In this document: positions 18,215-27,879 of the stretch, piece after piece
Layout: each line of letters begins with the position of its first letter
Numbering within the stretch: the first letter of the stretch is position 1
Source of the DNA: Dehalococcoidia bacterium
Lineage (GTDB): Bacteria; Chloroflexota; Dehalococcoidia; Bin125
Direction: 5' to 3'
NCBI GenBank assembly: GCA_965217625.1
Contig: OZ244557.1
Location: 1,469,827-1,533,826 of the forward strand
Length of the DNA: 64,000 nucleotides
Notes under the pieces: model-generated
Database searches by the model: none
What the model saw: the letters and a program-made list of their open reading frames with translations, nothing else
What the model was told of the DNA's origin: nothing
Translations under genes and position numbers: made by a program

Positions 18215-19594
18215 CTATCCGGCCGCATCCTCCTCGAGTTCCTCCGGCATGAGCACGAACTCGGGGTAGGCCTCGATGCCCAACTCGCCGCTGTCCTGGC
18301 CCAAGCGTTCGACCTGCGGCGACACCCGCAGGCCCAGCGTCCGGTCGAGCGCCTGCCACAGCAACCAGGTGGTCGTGAAGACGAACGCGCCGATGCTCAC
18401 GACGCCGAGCAGCTGGATGTGGAAGCTCCCGCCCGCGGCGATGCACACCGCCAGCGTCCCCCAGATGCCGGCGCAGAGGTGAGCGGGGATCGCGCCGACG
18501 ACGTCGTCGAGCTTGACCACCTCCAGCAGCTTGATCGCGCTCGTGCAGATGATGCCGCCGATGGCGCCGATGATGATCGCCCAATAGGGGTCGACGATGT
18601 CCGGGCCGGCGGTGATCGAGACGAGCCCCGCGATCGCGCCGTTGAGGCTCGCGAAGAGGTCGACGCGGCCCAAAAGCGGCCGCGAGACGGCGAGAGCGGC
18701 GATGACGCCGCCGGCCGCCGCCAGGTTCGTGTTGACGAGCACTTGGCTCATCGCGACGGCGTCGGCGGCGCTGCCGATGGCGAGCTGTGATCCGCCGTTG
18801 AAGCCGAACCAGCCCAGCCAGAGGATGAAGACGCCCAGCGTCACCACGAGCACGTTGGAGGGGGGCGTCGCTCGCACGCTACCGTCGCGGCGGAACTTGC
18901 CCAGCCGCGGCCCGACGACCATCACGCCCGCGAGGGCCGCCCAGCCGCCGGTGCCGTGCACGATGGTGGAGCCGGCGAAGTCTTGGAAGTCCAGCTCGGC
19001 GAGCCAGCCGCCGCCCCACGTCCAGGCGCCGACGATCGGGTAGATGAGCGCCGTGAGCACCAGCGTGAAGAGCAGGAACGACCACAGCTTCACGCGCTCG
19101 GCGATGGCGCCGGACACGATCGAGGCGGTGGTCGCGACGAAGACCATCTGGAAGAACCAGTCGGACATGGTGGCGTGGCCGGCGCTGATCACGCTCGCCG
19201 TCGTGTCGCGCGCGCCCGTCAGCAGGTCGATCTCGTCGGCCGACGGGCCGTAGAGGAGCTGCAGCGAGCCGATCACGCTGCCGACGTCGACGTACATCAG
19301 GCCGTAGCCGACGACGAAGTAGGCGATCCCGGCGATCGCGTAGAGGCCGATGTTCTTCAGGCAGATCATCGAGGCGTTCTTGGTGCGGACCGCGCCCGAC
19401 TCGAGCATGGTGAAGCCGGCGCACATCCACATGATCAGCGCGCCCCAGACGAGGAACATGAAGGTGTTGAGGATGAACTGCGTCTCGTCGTCGGTCGCGG
19501 CGTGCGCGGTACCGGTCTTGGCGAGGAAGGCCCCGACCGTCAGCAGCACAATCGCGGCCACGAGGACGAGACGGCGGCGATGCGCGAGTCGCAT
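18215..19594 (-). CDS. amt: Ammonium transporter, Amt/MEP family
   Basis: Signal peptide followed by about 11 TM helices. Amt signature region FMFLVWGALIMWMCAGFTMLESGAVRTKNA. GGAG SD before the ATG at 19594 (alternative GTG at 19609). Confidence 0.9.
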   Translation of the reverse strand: MRLAHRRRLVLVAAIVLLTVGAFLAKTGTAHAATDDETQFILNTFMFLVWGALIMWMCAGFTMLESGAVRTKNASMICLKNIGLYAIAGIAYFVVGYGLMYVDVGSVIGSLQLLYGPSADEIDLLTGARDTTASVISAGHATMSDWFFQMVFVATTASIVSGAIAERVKLWSFLLFTLVLTALIYPIVGAWTWGGGWLAELDFQDFAGSTIVHGTGGWAALAGVMVVGPRLGKFRRDGSVRATPPSNVLVVTLGVFILWLGWFGFNGGSQLAIGSAADAVAMSQVLVNTNLAAAGGVIAALAVSRPLLGRVDLFASLNGAIAGLVSITAGPDIVDPYWAIIIGAIGGIICTSAIKLLEVVKLDDVVGAIPAHLCAGIWGTLAVCIAAGGSFHIQLLGVVSIGAFVFTTTWLLWQALDRTLGLRVSPQVERLGQDSGELGIEAYPEFVLMPEELEEDAAG

Positions 19595-19908
19595 TGTCAG
19601 GCTCCGCACGGGCTCACTCCCGTCTCCACGTCGCGCCGCCGGGCCGCGGGGGACGTCCGATCACTCCGTCTCATAGTCCCGCGCCGGGCGTTTGTCCAGC
19701 CGAGTCTCAGTCCGGGGCGGATCAGCCGGGTGCGTGCTGGCGCGCGCCGGGGAGGATCGGACAGCGGCCGGTTACGCCCGGGCCGACGTGACCAAGCTGG
19801 TAGCCTCGCCGCCAGGGCGTCGCGTCGCTGCGGCATGTACCGGCGCCGTATGTCGCCACGGCCAGCGGCGCTAAGGGCTGGGCGGCGGGGCGTAGCGGGG
19901 AGTGGTCC

Positions 19909-22887
19909 GTGGGTAGACGGGCCGTTGTGTTCGTCTTGGTTTTGCTGCTGGGCGGCCTGGCGGCGGCGATCATCCTCGCGTCCGGGGACACGCCAGGGGA
20001 ACCAGCGGAGGCTCCCGGGCCCTCGGCGGCCGCCGCGGATGCGGAGGCGTCGCCCGAGGCCGAGCCCGCCGCCGCGGAGGCGGAGCCGCCGCCCGAGGCT
20101 GAGCCCGCCGACGCCGAACCGGAGCCGCCGCCCGAGGCCGAGCCGACCGCCGCAGAGCCGGAGCCGCCGCCCGAGCCCACCGCCGCCGAGGCCGAGCCGC
20201 CACCCGAGCCCGAGCCCGCCGCCGAGGCCGAGCCGACCGCCGCGGAGCCGGAGATACCGCCCGAGTCCGAGCCGGCCGCCGCGGAGGCCGAGGCACCGCC
20301 CGAGCCCGAGCCGGCCGCCGCAGAGTCGGAGACGCCGCCGGAGCCCGAGCCGGCCGCCGCGGAACCGGAGGCGCCGCCCGCGCCCGAGCCGGCCGCCGCG
20401 GAGCCGGAGACGCCGCCCGCGCCCGAGCCGGCCGCCGCGGAACCGGAACTGCCGCCGCGATGCGACAGCGGGACGGCGGTTCCCAGCCCCGAGGACAACC
20501 CCGGACTCGTCGCCGACTGCGCCATCCTGCTCGAAGCGGAAGCGCAGCTCGCCGGCCGCGCCACGCTCAACTGGGACGCCGGCACGCCAATCAGCGAGTG
20601 GGACGGTGTCACGGTGGGCGGGACGCCGGAGCGCGTGCAGCGGCTGCGCTTGGCTTCGCGTGAGCTCACCGGCAGCCTGCCGCCAACACTCGGCGGTTTA
20701 TCGGGTCTGCTGGTCCTGGAACTCCGCGGCAACCAGTTAAGCGGCCCGATACCGGCGGAACTGGGAACACTGGCTGAACTCCAAGAACTGAGCCTGAGCC
20801 GCAATCAGTTCAACGGTGCGATTCCGGCGGAGGTTGGCTCCCTGCGCTCCCTGGAGGCCCTGCGCCTGGAAGACAACCAGCTCAGCGGTGCGATTCCGGC
20901 GGAGTTGGGATCCCTTGCGAACCTTCGGCGACTGCTTCTCGAAAACAACCAATTGAGCGGCCCGATCCCGAGCGAGTTGGGGCGTCTGGAAGGCCTGCGG
21001 CTACTGCACCTGTACAACAACCAGTTGAGCGGCCCCATCCCGAGCGAACTGGGGCGCCTGCGAGGCCTGCAGGTACTGCACCTGCACAACAACCAGTTGA
21101 GCGGGCCGATCCCGAGCGAATTGGGGTGGGTGCGCAGCCTGCTGTCCCTGCGACTGCAGGGCAACCAACTGAGCGGAGCAATCCCGCCGATGCTTGGGGT
21201 GCTGCGGCGCCTTCAGCGCTTGGATCTGCGCGATAACCAGTTGAGCGGCGACGTCCCCCAGTGGCTGCAACGCCTGCCAGCCCTCGTCGAGGTGTATCTG
21301 GCCGGCAACGCCGGTCTGACGGGCTGCGTCGTGACGCTGCCGCTACGGGTGACGCGTAGCGATCTCCGCGATCTCGGCCTGCCAACGTGCGAGTCGGCCC
21401 CACCCACGACGACGGCAGCAGCATCGTCGCCCTCTACCTCCCGGCCGGCGTTGCCGCCCGGTCCCTCGCCGTCACTCCCGCCGGGCCCCCCGGGAACGCC
21501 GCCGATCACGCTTGCTGTCTGGATATCCGACGAGGAGTCGGCGATCATCCAGGAAGTGGTCGCCGACGTGTTCGCGTACTTCACGCCGCGGCTGGGGCCG
21601 CCGCCCGATGACTACCGGTTCGTTGTCAGATCAATCTCGTTCCCCTGCTTGACGAGCTTATACAACGGCGGCGTGAACGAGATCTACGTGCCCTGCCGGC
21701 AACTGGAAGCGCTACTCCGATTCGACCTGCCGCGCAGCTATGCAGAACAAATACTGCATCGGAACGTCTACCGTAACCCTTGCGACTACCCCGACCCGGC
21801 GTGGCTGGTGCTCGGCGCTCCGTACTACGTGGCACGGCGGTATGCCGACGCACGTGGGCTACTCGCCTACGAGGAGTCCCGGAAACCCATAGTCGCCCTG
21901 GCGCGCGCGACGCGACTCGCACTCGATGATCCCGATCTGCACAAACCGGGTACGTGTGGGAACTACCCACCGCACTACGAGTTCTACATCGAGATGGTGA
22001 GAATGCTGGGAGTGCTCGCCGTCGAGCGGTTGGTCGAGCGCAGCGGGGACGAGGCGCTCGGCGAGTACTTCACGCTCAGCAAGACGACGGCGTGGCGGGA
22101 CGCCTTCGCGGCCGCCTTCGGCCTGTCCGTCGAGGACTTCTACCGGGAGTTCGCGGAATACCGGCGCTCGGTAACGCCGGCGGGGCTGGCGGAGGCGGAC
22201 GCCACGCCCGAGTTGCACGTGGTCATGAACGTGGCGGATCCGAGCGTGGAGGGCGCGCAGGAGGTGTGGGCGGAGTGGGAGGCCGTGCGGCGCTTCTACC
22301 TGGACCGCTTCGGCCTGGAGGTCGACGCGGCCATCGCCTACGCGGACCTCACGCCCACATTGTACCGCGACCTGCTCGGGTGGTGGGACGTGACGTCACA
22401 GTGCGCCATCGTGCTGCGCCCCGGCGTCGCGATGTATCTGAAGAAGGACTGCGGGGGGCGCGACGTGAATCTCGCGCACGAGTACTTCCACCTGCTACAG
22501 CGCGAACTGGGTGATGGCGGTGGGCACCATTGGATGATCGAGGGCTCCGCCATCCACATGCAGGAACAGTTCGTGCTCGACCAGTGGGGCTTCTCGGCCG
22601 AGGAGCGGAGGCCGAACAATGTGCGCCTCGCCGCCTCATACATACAATCGGTCAGCCGTGGGGTACCCGACGCCAGCTTTGCCGAAACCGCTCTAGAGTA
22701 CGGTCCGCACTACGTCGGATTCCTGGCCGTGGAGTGGCTGGTGGAGCGCGCGGGAGAGGAAGCGATCCTTGAGTACTTCCAAGGGCGATCGTTCTCCAAT
22801 CTGTTCGGCTTGACCGAGGAGGAGTTCTACGCGGAATTCGGCCCCTATCTGCGCGCGCTCCTGGAGGAGCACGCCTCGGGTCGGTGA
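19909..22887 (+). CDS. Membrane-anchored multidomain protein: PEAE-rich linker, about 11 leucine-rich repeats, Pro-rich spacer, two tandem ~220-aa domains with an HExxH motif in the second
   Basis: N-terminal TM anchor (GRRAVVFVLVLLLGGLAAAIIL). (A/E/P)-rich repeats. 24-residue LRRs (LSGPIPSELGRLxxLxxLxLxNNQ). Internally duplicated C-terminal domain (LAVERLVERSGDEALGEYF vs LAVEWLVERAGEEAILEYF). HEYFH present only in copy 2. GGGGAG SD before the GTG start. Confidence 0.7.
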   Translation: MGRRAVVFVLVLLLGGLAAAIILASGDTPGEPAEAPGPSAAAADAEASPEAEPAAAEAEPPPEAEPADAEPEPPPEAEPTAAEPEPPPEPTAAEAEPPPEPEPAAEAEPTAAEPEIPPESEPAAAEAEAPPEPEPAAAESETPPEPEPAAAEPEAPPAPEPAAAEPETPPAPEPAAAEPELPPRCDSGTAVPSPEDNPGLVADCAILLEAEAQLAGRATLNWDAGTPISEWDGVTVGGTPERVQRLRLASRELTGSLPPTLGGLSGLLVLELRGNQLSGPIPAELGTLAELQELSLSRNQFNGAIPAEVGSLRSLEALRLEDNQLSGAIPAELGSLANLRRLLLENNQLSGPIPSELGRLEGLRLLHLYNNQLSGPIPSELGRLRGLQVLHLHNNQLSGPIPSELGWVRSLLSLRLQGNQLSGAIPPMLGVLRRLQRLDLRDNQLSGDVPQWLQRLPALVEVYLAGNAGLTGCVVTLPLRVTRSDLRDLGLPTCESAPPTTTAAASSPSTSRPALPPGPSPSLPPGPPGTPPITLAVWISDEESAIIQEVVADVFAYFTPRLGPPPDDYRFVVRSISFPCLTSLYNGGVNEIYVPCRQLEALLRFDLPRSYAEQILHRNVYRNPCDYPDPAWLVLGAPYYVARRYADARGLLAYEESRKPIVALARATRLALDDPDLHKPGTCGNYPPHYEFYIEMVRMLGVLAVERLVERSGDEALGEYFTLSKTTAWRDAFAAAFGLSVEDFYREFAEYRRSVTPAGLAEADATPELHVVMNVADPSVEGAQEVWAEWEAVRRFYLDRFGLEVDAAIAYADLTPTLYRDLLGWWDVTSQCAIVLRPGVAMYLKKDCGGRDVNLAHEYFHLLQRELGDGGGHHWMIEGSAIHMQEQFVLDQWGFSAEERRPNNVRLAASYIQSVSRGVPDASFAETALEYGPHYVGFLAVEWLVERAGEEAILEYFQGRSFSNLFGLTEEEFYAEFGPYLRALLEEHASGR

Positions 22888-22978
22888 GCCGGCAGGCGCT
22901 CCCCTTGGCAGCGACGCGACGCTGCGACTACCCTCCCGGCATCATCCATCCGTTGTTCGCAGGGAATCGGGGGGCGTC

Positions 22979-23395
22979 ATGCGCAATCAATCCATCATCA
23001 TGCGGCTGCTATCGGTCTACCTGATGGGGTTGGCCGCCGTCGTCGCGGTGTACTTCATCCTCTCGCCGGTGATCCACGGCGACGCGACGGAGTTCCCCGT
23101 CTGGGAAGTGCTCAACTACTTCATGGCCGTCGCGGTCGTCATCGCCGTGGGGGCGAGCGCGCTGCACAAGCTCGACATGGAGAGCGACGTCCGATCGACG
23201 GACGCCGTGCGGTACTTCCGCATGAGCGGGGCGTTCTACGGCGCGGCGCTGCTGGCGCTGTGGTTCTTCTGGCGCTGGTTCACGCAGTTGAACGGTGGGG
23301 ACGGGTCCGATGTCTCCTGGGCGATCATTGACCCGCTCTTCGCGATCGTGACCGCGGCCGTCGGCCGGCACGTGTGGCAGGGCGCCGAGGGCTAG
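22979..23395 (+). CDS. Small hypothetical membrane protein (4 predicted TM helices)
   Basis: 138-aa ORF, hydrophobic segments, coding-like GC3. No recognisable family. Confidence 0.5.
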   Translation: MRNQSIIMRLLSVYLMGLAAVVAVYFILSPVIHGDATEFPVWEVLNYFMAVAVVIAVGASALHKLDMESDVRSTDAVRYFRMSGAFYGAALLALWFFWRWFTQLNGGDGSDVSWAIIDPLFAIVTAAVGRHVWQGAEG

Positions 23396-23431
23396 CCGGC
23401 CGGACCGCCCCCGGTCCGCCGCGCAGGGCGG

Positions 23432-24814
23432 CTACTTCAGGCGCGTGAGGATGCGGCCCTGGTGGTCGGCGTGCGGCGGCGGATACGTGCGCATCTGCGC
23501 GGTCCAGCGCAGGACGCGGCCGACGTGGTCGCGGGTCTCCGTGGGCAGCATCACGTCGTCGATGACGCCCTCGGCAGCGGCGGCGAAGGGGCCGCGGCCA
23601 TCGTCGGCGGTCGCGGCATGGGTCGTATAGGCGGGGACGGGGCCGGTCGCGACGTCGGCCTGCGCCCACGCTCCGACGTAGTGCCGCCCCAGCTCCTCGC
23701 CGCCCAGGAGCCAGTCGCCGAAGACGTAGCCGCGCGAGACGATCAGCGACAGCAGAGGCGCGTCCGCCTCGCGCAAGTGGTTGCCGGCCGTGGCGATATC
23801 GCGCAGCGTCTCGGGGTCGGCGAGGGCGGCCGGGTCGTAGGCCGCGCCGTGCTGAATCAGCAGGATGGGGATGCGGAACCGGCGCCGCAGCCGCGCGATG
23901 TGCAGCAGCGGCGTGACGTGCGCGCGCGTCAGGCCCAGCCCCGGCCCCGCCGCCGCGTAGGCGGTCAGGATCCCGTCGATGACGCCGAGCCCGGTCGCGA
24001 ACGTGCCGTCGGAGGCGGCGTGGATGGGGAAGTGGCTGCCCTCGTCGAGGAGGCCGGCGAGCAGGTCCGCGACGCTCAGGGTGGCGGGATCGACGTCGTC
24101 GGCGAAGCGACCTCTCGGCGGGGCGGCGTCGCGGCGCAGATCATCCTCGCCGTCGTGGGGCAGGAGGGCGAGGCAGCGGCGCGCGGCCGCGATCGCGGCC
24201 GCATCGTCGGCGACGGCGATGTCGGCGATGGCGCGGGTCGCGTCGGAGGCGGCACCGCCGGCGATCGTGAGATCCGCGGCGGCCAGCAGGCCGGTGTCGG
24301 CCCCCTCAAGACCGCCCAGGACGACCGCGATCAGCGGTGCCTGGCGATCATCGAGGCGCAACTCCGGGACCACGGACGCGCGGTCGGACGCGCCGCGGCG
24401 GAGCAGGCCTTCGGCCGCGTCGGGGAACTGCGCGGGCAGGGCGGCGTCGGCGAGGTAGGCGATGGCGACGCCGCCGGCGAGGCTCTGCTGGACGATGCGC
24501 ACGCGCTTGTTCGTGCCCACTTGGCCGTCGCTGCGGGCCATGATCACGGGGTCGTCGGCGATGACGCCGACGAGGCGGCCGCCGACATCGGCGAAGCCCG
24601 CGACCACGCCGTCGCCGGGGGTGGCGTCCTCGATCGCCGGGAGCTGGCTGCGGGTCAGCGCGCCGATCTCGAACAGGCTGCCCGGGTCGATCAGCTGCTC
24701 GACGCGGCGGCGCGGCGTGAGCGCGCCCGGGGCGGGGGTGCGCGCCGCCTCGTAGGCGGCGAGGTCGCGCTTCTCGGCGTGCGCGCGGGCGATGCGGTCG
24801 GCGGTACCTGCCAT
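23432..24814 (-). CDS. Divergent carboxyltransferase-domain protein (acyl-CoA carboxylase beta-like, possibly non-catalytic) (CT4)
   Basis: 460 aa with CT-like N-terminal (RRRVEQLIDPGSLFEIGAL) and C-terminal halves, but degenerate catalytic regions. Directly downstream of CT3 on the same strand. Confidence 0.6.
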   Translation of the reverse strand: MAGTADRIARAHAEKRDLAAYEAARTPAPGALTPRRRVEQLIDPGSLFEIGALTRSQLPAIEDATPGDGVVAGFADVGGRLVGVIADDPVIMARSDGQVGTNKRVRIVQQSLAGGVAIAYLADAALPAQFPDAAEGLLRRGASDRASVVPELRLDDRQAPLIAVVLGGLEGADTGLLAAADLTIAGGAASDATRAIADIAVADDAAAIAAARRCLALLPHDGEDDLRRDAAPPRGRFADDVDPATLSVADLLAGLLDEGSHFPIHAASDGTFATGLGVIDGILTAYAAAGPGLGLTRAHVTPLLHIARLRRRFRIPILLIQHGAAYDPAALADPETLRDIATAGNHLREADAPLLSLIVSRGYVFGDWLLGGEELGRHYVGAWAQADVATGPVPAYTTHAATADDGRGPFAAAAEGVIDDVMLPTETRDHVGRVLRWTAQMRTYPPPHADHQGRILTRLK

Positions 24815-24834
24815 GGCGGGGGTCCGTTCTGCTG

Positions 24835-26355
24835 CTAGCGATAGGGCCGCATGCGGCGGCGGCAGATCTCGAGCACGCGGGCCAGCACGGGCCGGGTGTC
24901 GGCGGGGTCGATGACGTCGTCGAGGTAGCCGAGCCGGGCGCCGATCCAGGGCTCGCCCCGCTCGCGGAACGTTTCGGCGCGCTCCTCCAGGTAGGCCTGC
25001 GGATCGGGCGCGGCCTCCATCTCGCGCCGGAACGCGACGCGCACGCCGGGCTCAGGCCCCATGAACATGATCTGCGAGGTCGGCCAGGCGATGGTGTGCC
25101 ACTCGTAGTCGGAGGCGCTCATGCCGGGATAGGCGTAGCCGTAGCCCTTGCGCAGCGAGATCGCGATCTTCGGCACGGGCACGCGGATGCGGCGAATCGC
25201 CATGTCGTAGATCACCGTGAGCAGCCGGTGGTGCTCCTGCTCGACGTTGGGGATCACGCCGGGCACGTCGACGAAGCTGAGCAGGGGCAGGCGGAAAGCG
25301 TCGCAGGCGCGCAGCATGCGGTCGATCTTGTTGATCGCGGGCACGTCGAGCGAGCCGGCCTTGCGGGCAGGCTGATTGGCGATGATCGCGACGGCGTGTC
25401 CGTCGAGCCGGGCCAGGCCGGCGACCAGGTTCGAGGCGTAGTCGGGCGTCCACTCCATGAAGCTGTCGCGGTCGACGACGAGGCGGATGATCTTGCGCAC
25501 GTCGTAGGCGCGGTTGAGGCGGTCGGGGATGATGTCGCGGAGGATGGGCTCGCGGCGATCGACGGGGTCCCCGCAGCGCACGACGGGCGGCGGCTCCCAG
25601 GCGTTGCCGGGCACATAAGAGAAGGTGCGCCGCAGCAGCGCGATGGCGGCGGCATCGTCGGGGACGACGGCGTCGATCTGGCCCGTCACGCGCCCCTGGA
25701 TCTCGGCGCCGCCGATGTCGAAGGGGGAGACGAACTCGCCGCTGGCCTCCTGCACGACCGGCGGGCTGGCGATGGAGAGGTTGGAGTTCTGCGTCATGAT
25801 GCAGAAGTCGGCGTCGGCGGCGTCCCAGGGGGCGTAGTAGTTGCCCATCACGGCGGCGAAGTGGGCCCAGCGGTTGGGGAAGGCGAGGCGCTCACCGAGC
25901 TCACCGCCGGGCACGCCGGCGAAGCGCGAGGAGAGGACGTCGGTGATGCGGCCGCCGCCGCCCTGGATCAGCGCAAACAGCGGCAGGCCCGCTTGCTCGC
26001 AGACCCGGTGGATGCGGGTCTTCTTGCGCATGTTGCCGCCGCCCAGGGAGCCGCCCTTCACCGTCGCGTCCGAGGCGTAGTAGCCGACGGGGCGGCCGTC
26101 GATCTCGCCGAAGCCGGTCAGCAGGCCGTTGCCCAGCGTGCGCGCCTCCTCCCCCGGGACGCCGGACGTGAGGAAGGAGCCCAGCGGCAACTCGCTGCCG
26201 GGGTCGAGCAGCAGGTCGATCCGTTCCCGCGCGGTGAGCAGCCCGCGCGCGTGCTGTCGCGCGACGCGCTGCGGCCCGCCGAGGCCGCGGGCGCTCTCGC
26301 GCAGCGCGCGCAGATACGCGACGGCGTCGGCGGGGGCGTCGGTGGGTGCAGTCAT
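24835..26355 (-). CDS. Acyl-CoA carboxylase carboxyltransferase (beta) subunit (CT3)
   Basis: GGPQRVARQHARGLLTARERIDLLLDPGS, KGGSLGGGNMRKKTRI, VPGVIPNVEQEHHRL. Carboxyl_trans family. ATG at 26355. Confidence 0.85.
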   Translation of the reverse strand: MTAPTDAPADAVAYLRALRESARGLGGPQRVARQHARGLLTARERIDLLLDPGSELPLGSFLTSGVPGEEARTLGNGLLTGFGEIDGRPVGYYASDATVKGGSLGGGNMRKKTRIHRVCEQAGLPLFALIQGGGGRITDVLSSRFAGVPGGELGERLAFPNRWAHFAAVMGNYYAPWDAADADFCIMTQNSNLSIASPPVVQEASGEFVSPFDIGGAEIQGRVTGQIDAVVPDDAAAIALLRRTFSYVPGNAWEPPPVVRCGDPVDRREPILRDIIPDRLNRAYDVRKIIRLVVDRDSFMEWTPDYASNLVAGLARLDGHAVAIIANQPARKAGSLDVPAINKIDRMLRACDAFRLPLLSFVDVPGVIPNVEQEHHRLLTVIYDMAIRRIRVPVPKIAISLRKGYGYAYPGMSASDYEWHTIAWPTSQIMFMGPEPGVRVAFRREMEAAPDPQAYLEERAETFRERGEPWIGARLGYLDDVIDPADTRPVLARVLEICRRRMRPYR

Positions 26356-26435
26356 CGGACCTCCCGGCTGGCGAAGGGTCGCCGTGGCGCAGGATAGCCG
26401 CAACCGGCGTCGTGGGGGGGCGCAACCTCAACTGG

Positions 26436-26666
26436 CTATGGGTCGAAGCCAATCTCGCTGAGGAAGTCGGCGAGGCTCCATGCCGCGAGGCCGAGACGCT
26501 GACAGGCTGTCGTCATTGCGATCTTGATCGGCAGCCGGTCGATACGATCTTCGGTCACGACGCGGACCAACCGACCGGACTGCTGGAACTCCATGCCCTG
26601 CGCCGATATATCGAAGACGGCGATCCGATCGAGATCGCGGCGGAGAATGTCCCCGCCGGCGCTCAT
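26436..26666 (-). CDS. Small hypothetical protein (76 aa), translationally coupled to the upstream HTH/ImmA gene
   Basis: ATGA start/stop overlap at 26663-26666. High GC3 consistent with coding. No family recognised. Confidence 0.45.
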   Translation of the reverse strand: MSAGGDILRRDLDRIAVFDISAQGMEFQQSGRLVRVVTEDRIDRLPIKIAMTTACQRLGLAAWSLADFLSEIGFDP

Positions 26667-27835
26667 GCCGAAGTGCCGATCTCGTCGGCAAGTTCCACGA
26701 TCTCGGCACCGTCGAGACGCAAGTATCGGCGCGCGTCGAGCTCATTGAGCCGGTGATCAGACACCGCGCGCAGGACCGTCATCGCCGCACGGGGTCCGAC
26801 CTCGTTCAGCCTGCGCTTCGGCGCTCGCCGAGCACCCCCGCGGCCGAAACCCTTGTCAAAGTCGGCAGTCGGAGCGGCTTCCTCGACATCTGCATACAGC
26901 GTGTCGTCCGCCAGTCCAGATCGGATCAACGCGACTGCCGTCGCTCGCAGGCTGACGTTGAATTCCGAGGCAAGCTCCTGGACGAGTGCGAAGTCGGGCT
27001 CAACAGCCACTACAGCACTCCGGACCGCCGCACGTAGCGCGTCCCGCGGGAGCACGGCTGCGCTCGCGACGGCTTCGCACCAGCGCTCAACGTCGTCAGC
27101 ACCGGGCCCGTGGCCCACTTCCTCAAGGCACGAGGTCCCTGTTCCTGCGCCGAGATGCGCGAGTTCATGCAGCAGCGTGAATATCCGCGCCTGGGGGTTT
27201 TCGCGCGTATTCACGGCGACCAAGGGAGCGAAATCATCGGGGAGCGAGAACCCTCGCAGGCCGTCGCTGCCAAGCTGCAATTGCATAACGACGACGCCGC
27301 GGCGCTCCAACGCGTCGCGCCACGCATTGAACGCTTCCCGGGCCGACGACCAGTCCCGTTGCTCCTGCAGCGTCAGCCCGAGCCATGTCCTCAGCCGAGC
27401 GCCAGCGACGTCGGCCGGGGACGTGATGGGCACGCGGGGCAACTCCACGGATTCCCCGTGCTCGTCCCGCTCAAGCAGGCTCAGAAGGCGCTGCATGCGT
27501 CGGGCCCGGCGCACAGGCAGCAACTCCGCTGCGGTCAACCGTCTCGTGGTCCTCCCGACGGCGCTACGCAGCCGGGGTGGCACTCCGCCGGTCTTCGGAG
27601 GCTCCGGGAGGAAGAAGATCGACTTTGGGCGGTGTAGTCTCTCCGCGAGTTTGGTGAACTGCCCCTGTGTCGGTCCATCGTCGCCCGTGATCCACGCCTG
27701 GACGGTCGCTGCGTCGAGCTTGAGGCCCGCTGCAAGATCCTCGGCCGAATAGCCGGACTCTTCGATTGCCCATTTGAGAACCTCGGAGGTCACGGGCGGT
27801 CGTGCAGGCGGCATTATCCGGCTCGCTTCACGCAT
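26663..27835 (-). CDS. XRE-family HTH fused to ImmA/IrrE-type (COG2856/DUF955) metallopeptidase-like domain; candidate ScfR/RamB/PrpR-like regulator
   Basis: N-terminus VTSEVLKWAIEESGYSAEDLAAGLKLDAATVQAWITGDDGPTQGQFTKLAERLHRPKSIFFLPEPP is the HTH typical of the COG2856 family. HExxH in RIFTLLHELAHLGAG. Only the C-terminal ~390 aa of the 890-aa track ORF is real. Confidence 0.75.
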   Translation of the reverse strand: MREASRIMPPARPPVTSEVLKWAIEESGYSAEDLAAGLKLDAATVQAWITGDDGPTQGQFTKLAERLHRPKSIFFLPEPPKTGGVPPRLRSAVGRTTRRLTAAELLPVRRARRMQRLLSLLERDEHGESVELPRVPITSPADVAGARLRTWLGLTLQEQRDWSSAREAFNAWRDALERRGVVVMQLQLGSDGLRGFSLPDDFAPLVAVNTRENPQARIFTLLHELAHLGAGTGTSCLEEVGHGPGADDVERWCEAVASAAVLPRDALRAAVRSAVVAVEPDFALVQELASEFNVSLRATAVALIRSGLADDTLYADVEEAAPTADFDKGFGRGGARRAPKRRLNEVGPRAAMTVLRAVSDHRLNELDARRYLRLDGAEIVELADEIGTSA

Positions 27836-27879
27836 CCAGTACGTTGGCGGAATGATACGGGACGGGGGAGGCGCAGGCC

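Noticed and set aside
19722-21584. Minus-strand ORFs (360 aa Ser/Gly/Ala-rich, 19722..20804, and several others up to 21584) inside the LRR gene
   Set aside because: They are antisense to the repeat-rich region of the LRR protein. Periodic low-complexity translation is a by-product of the sense-strand repeats.
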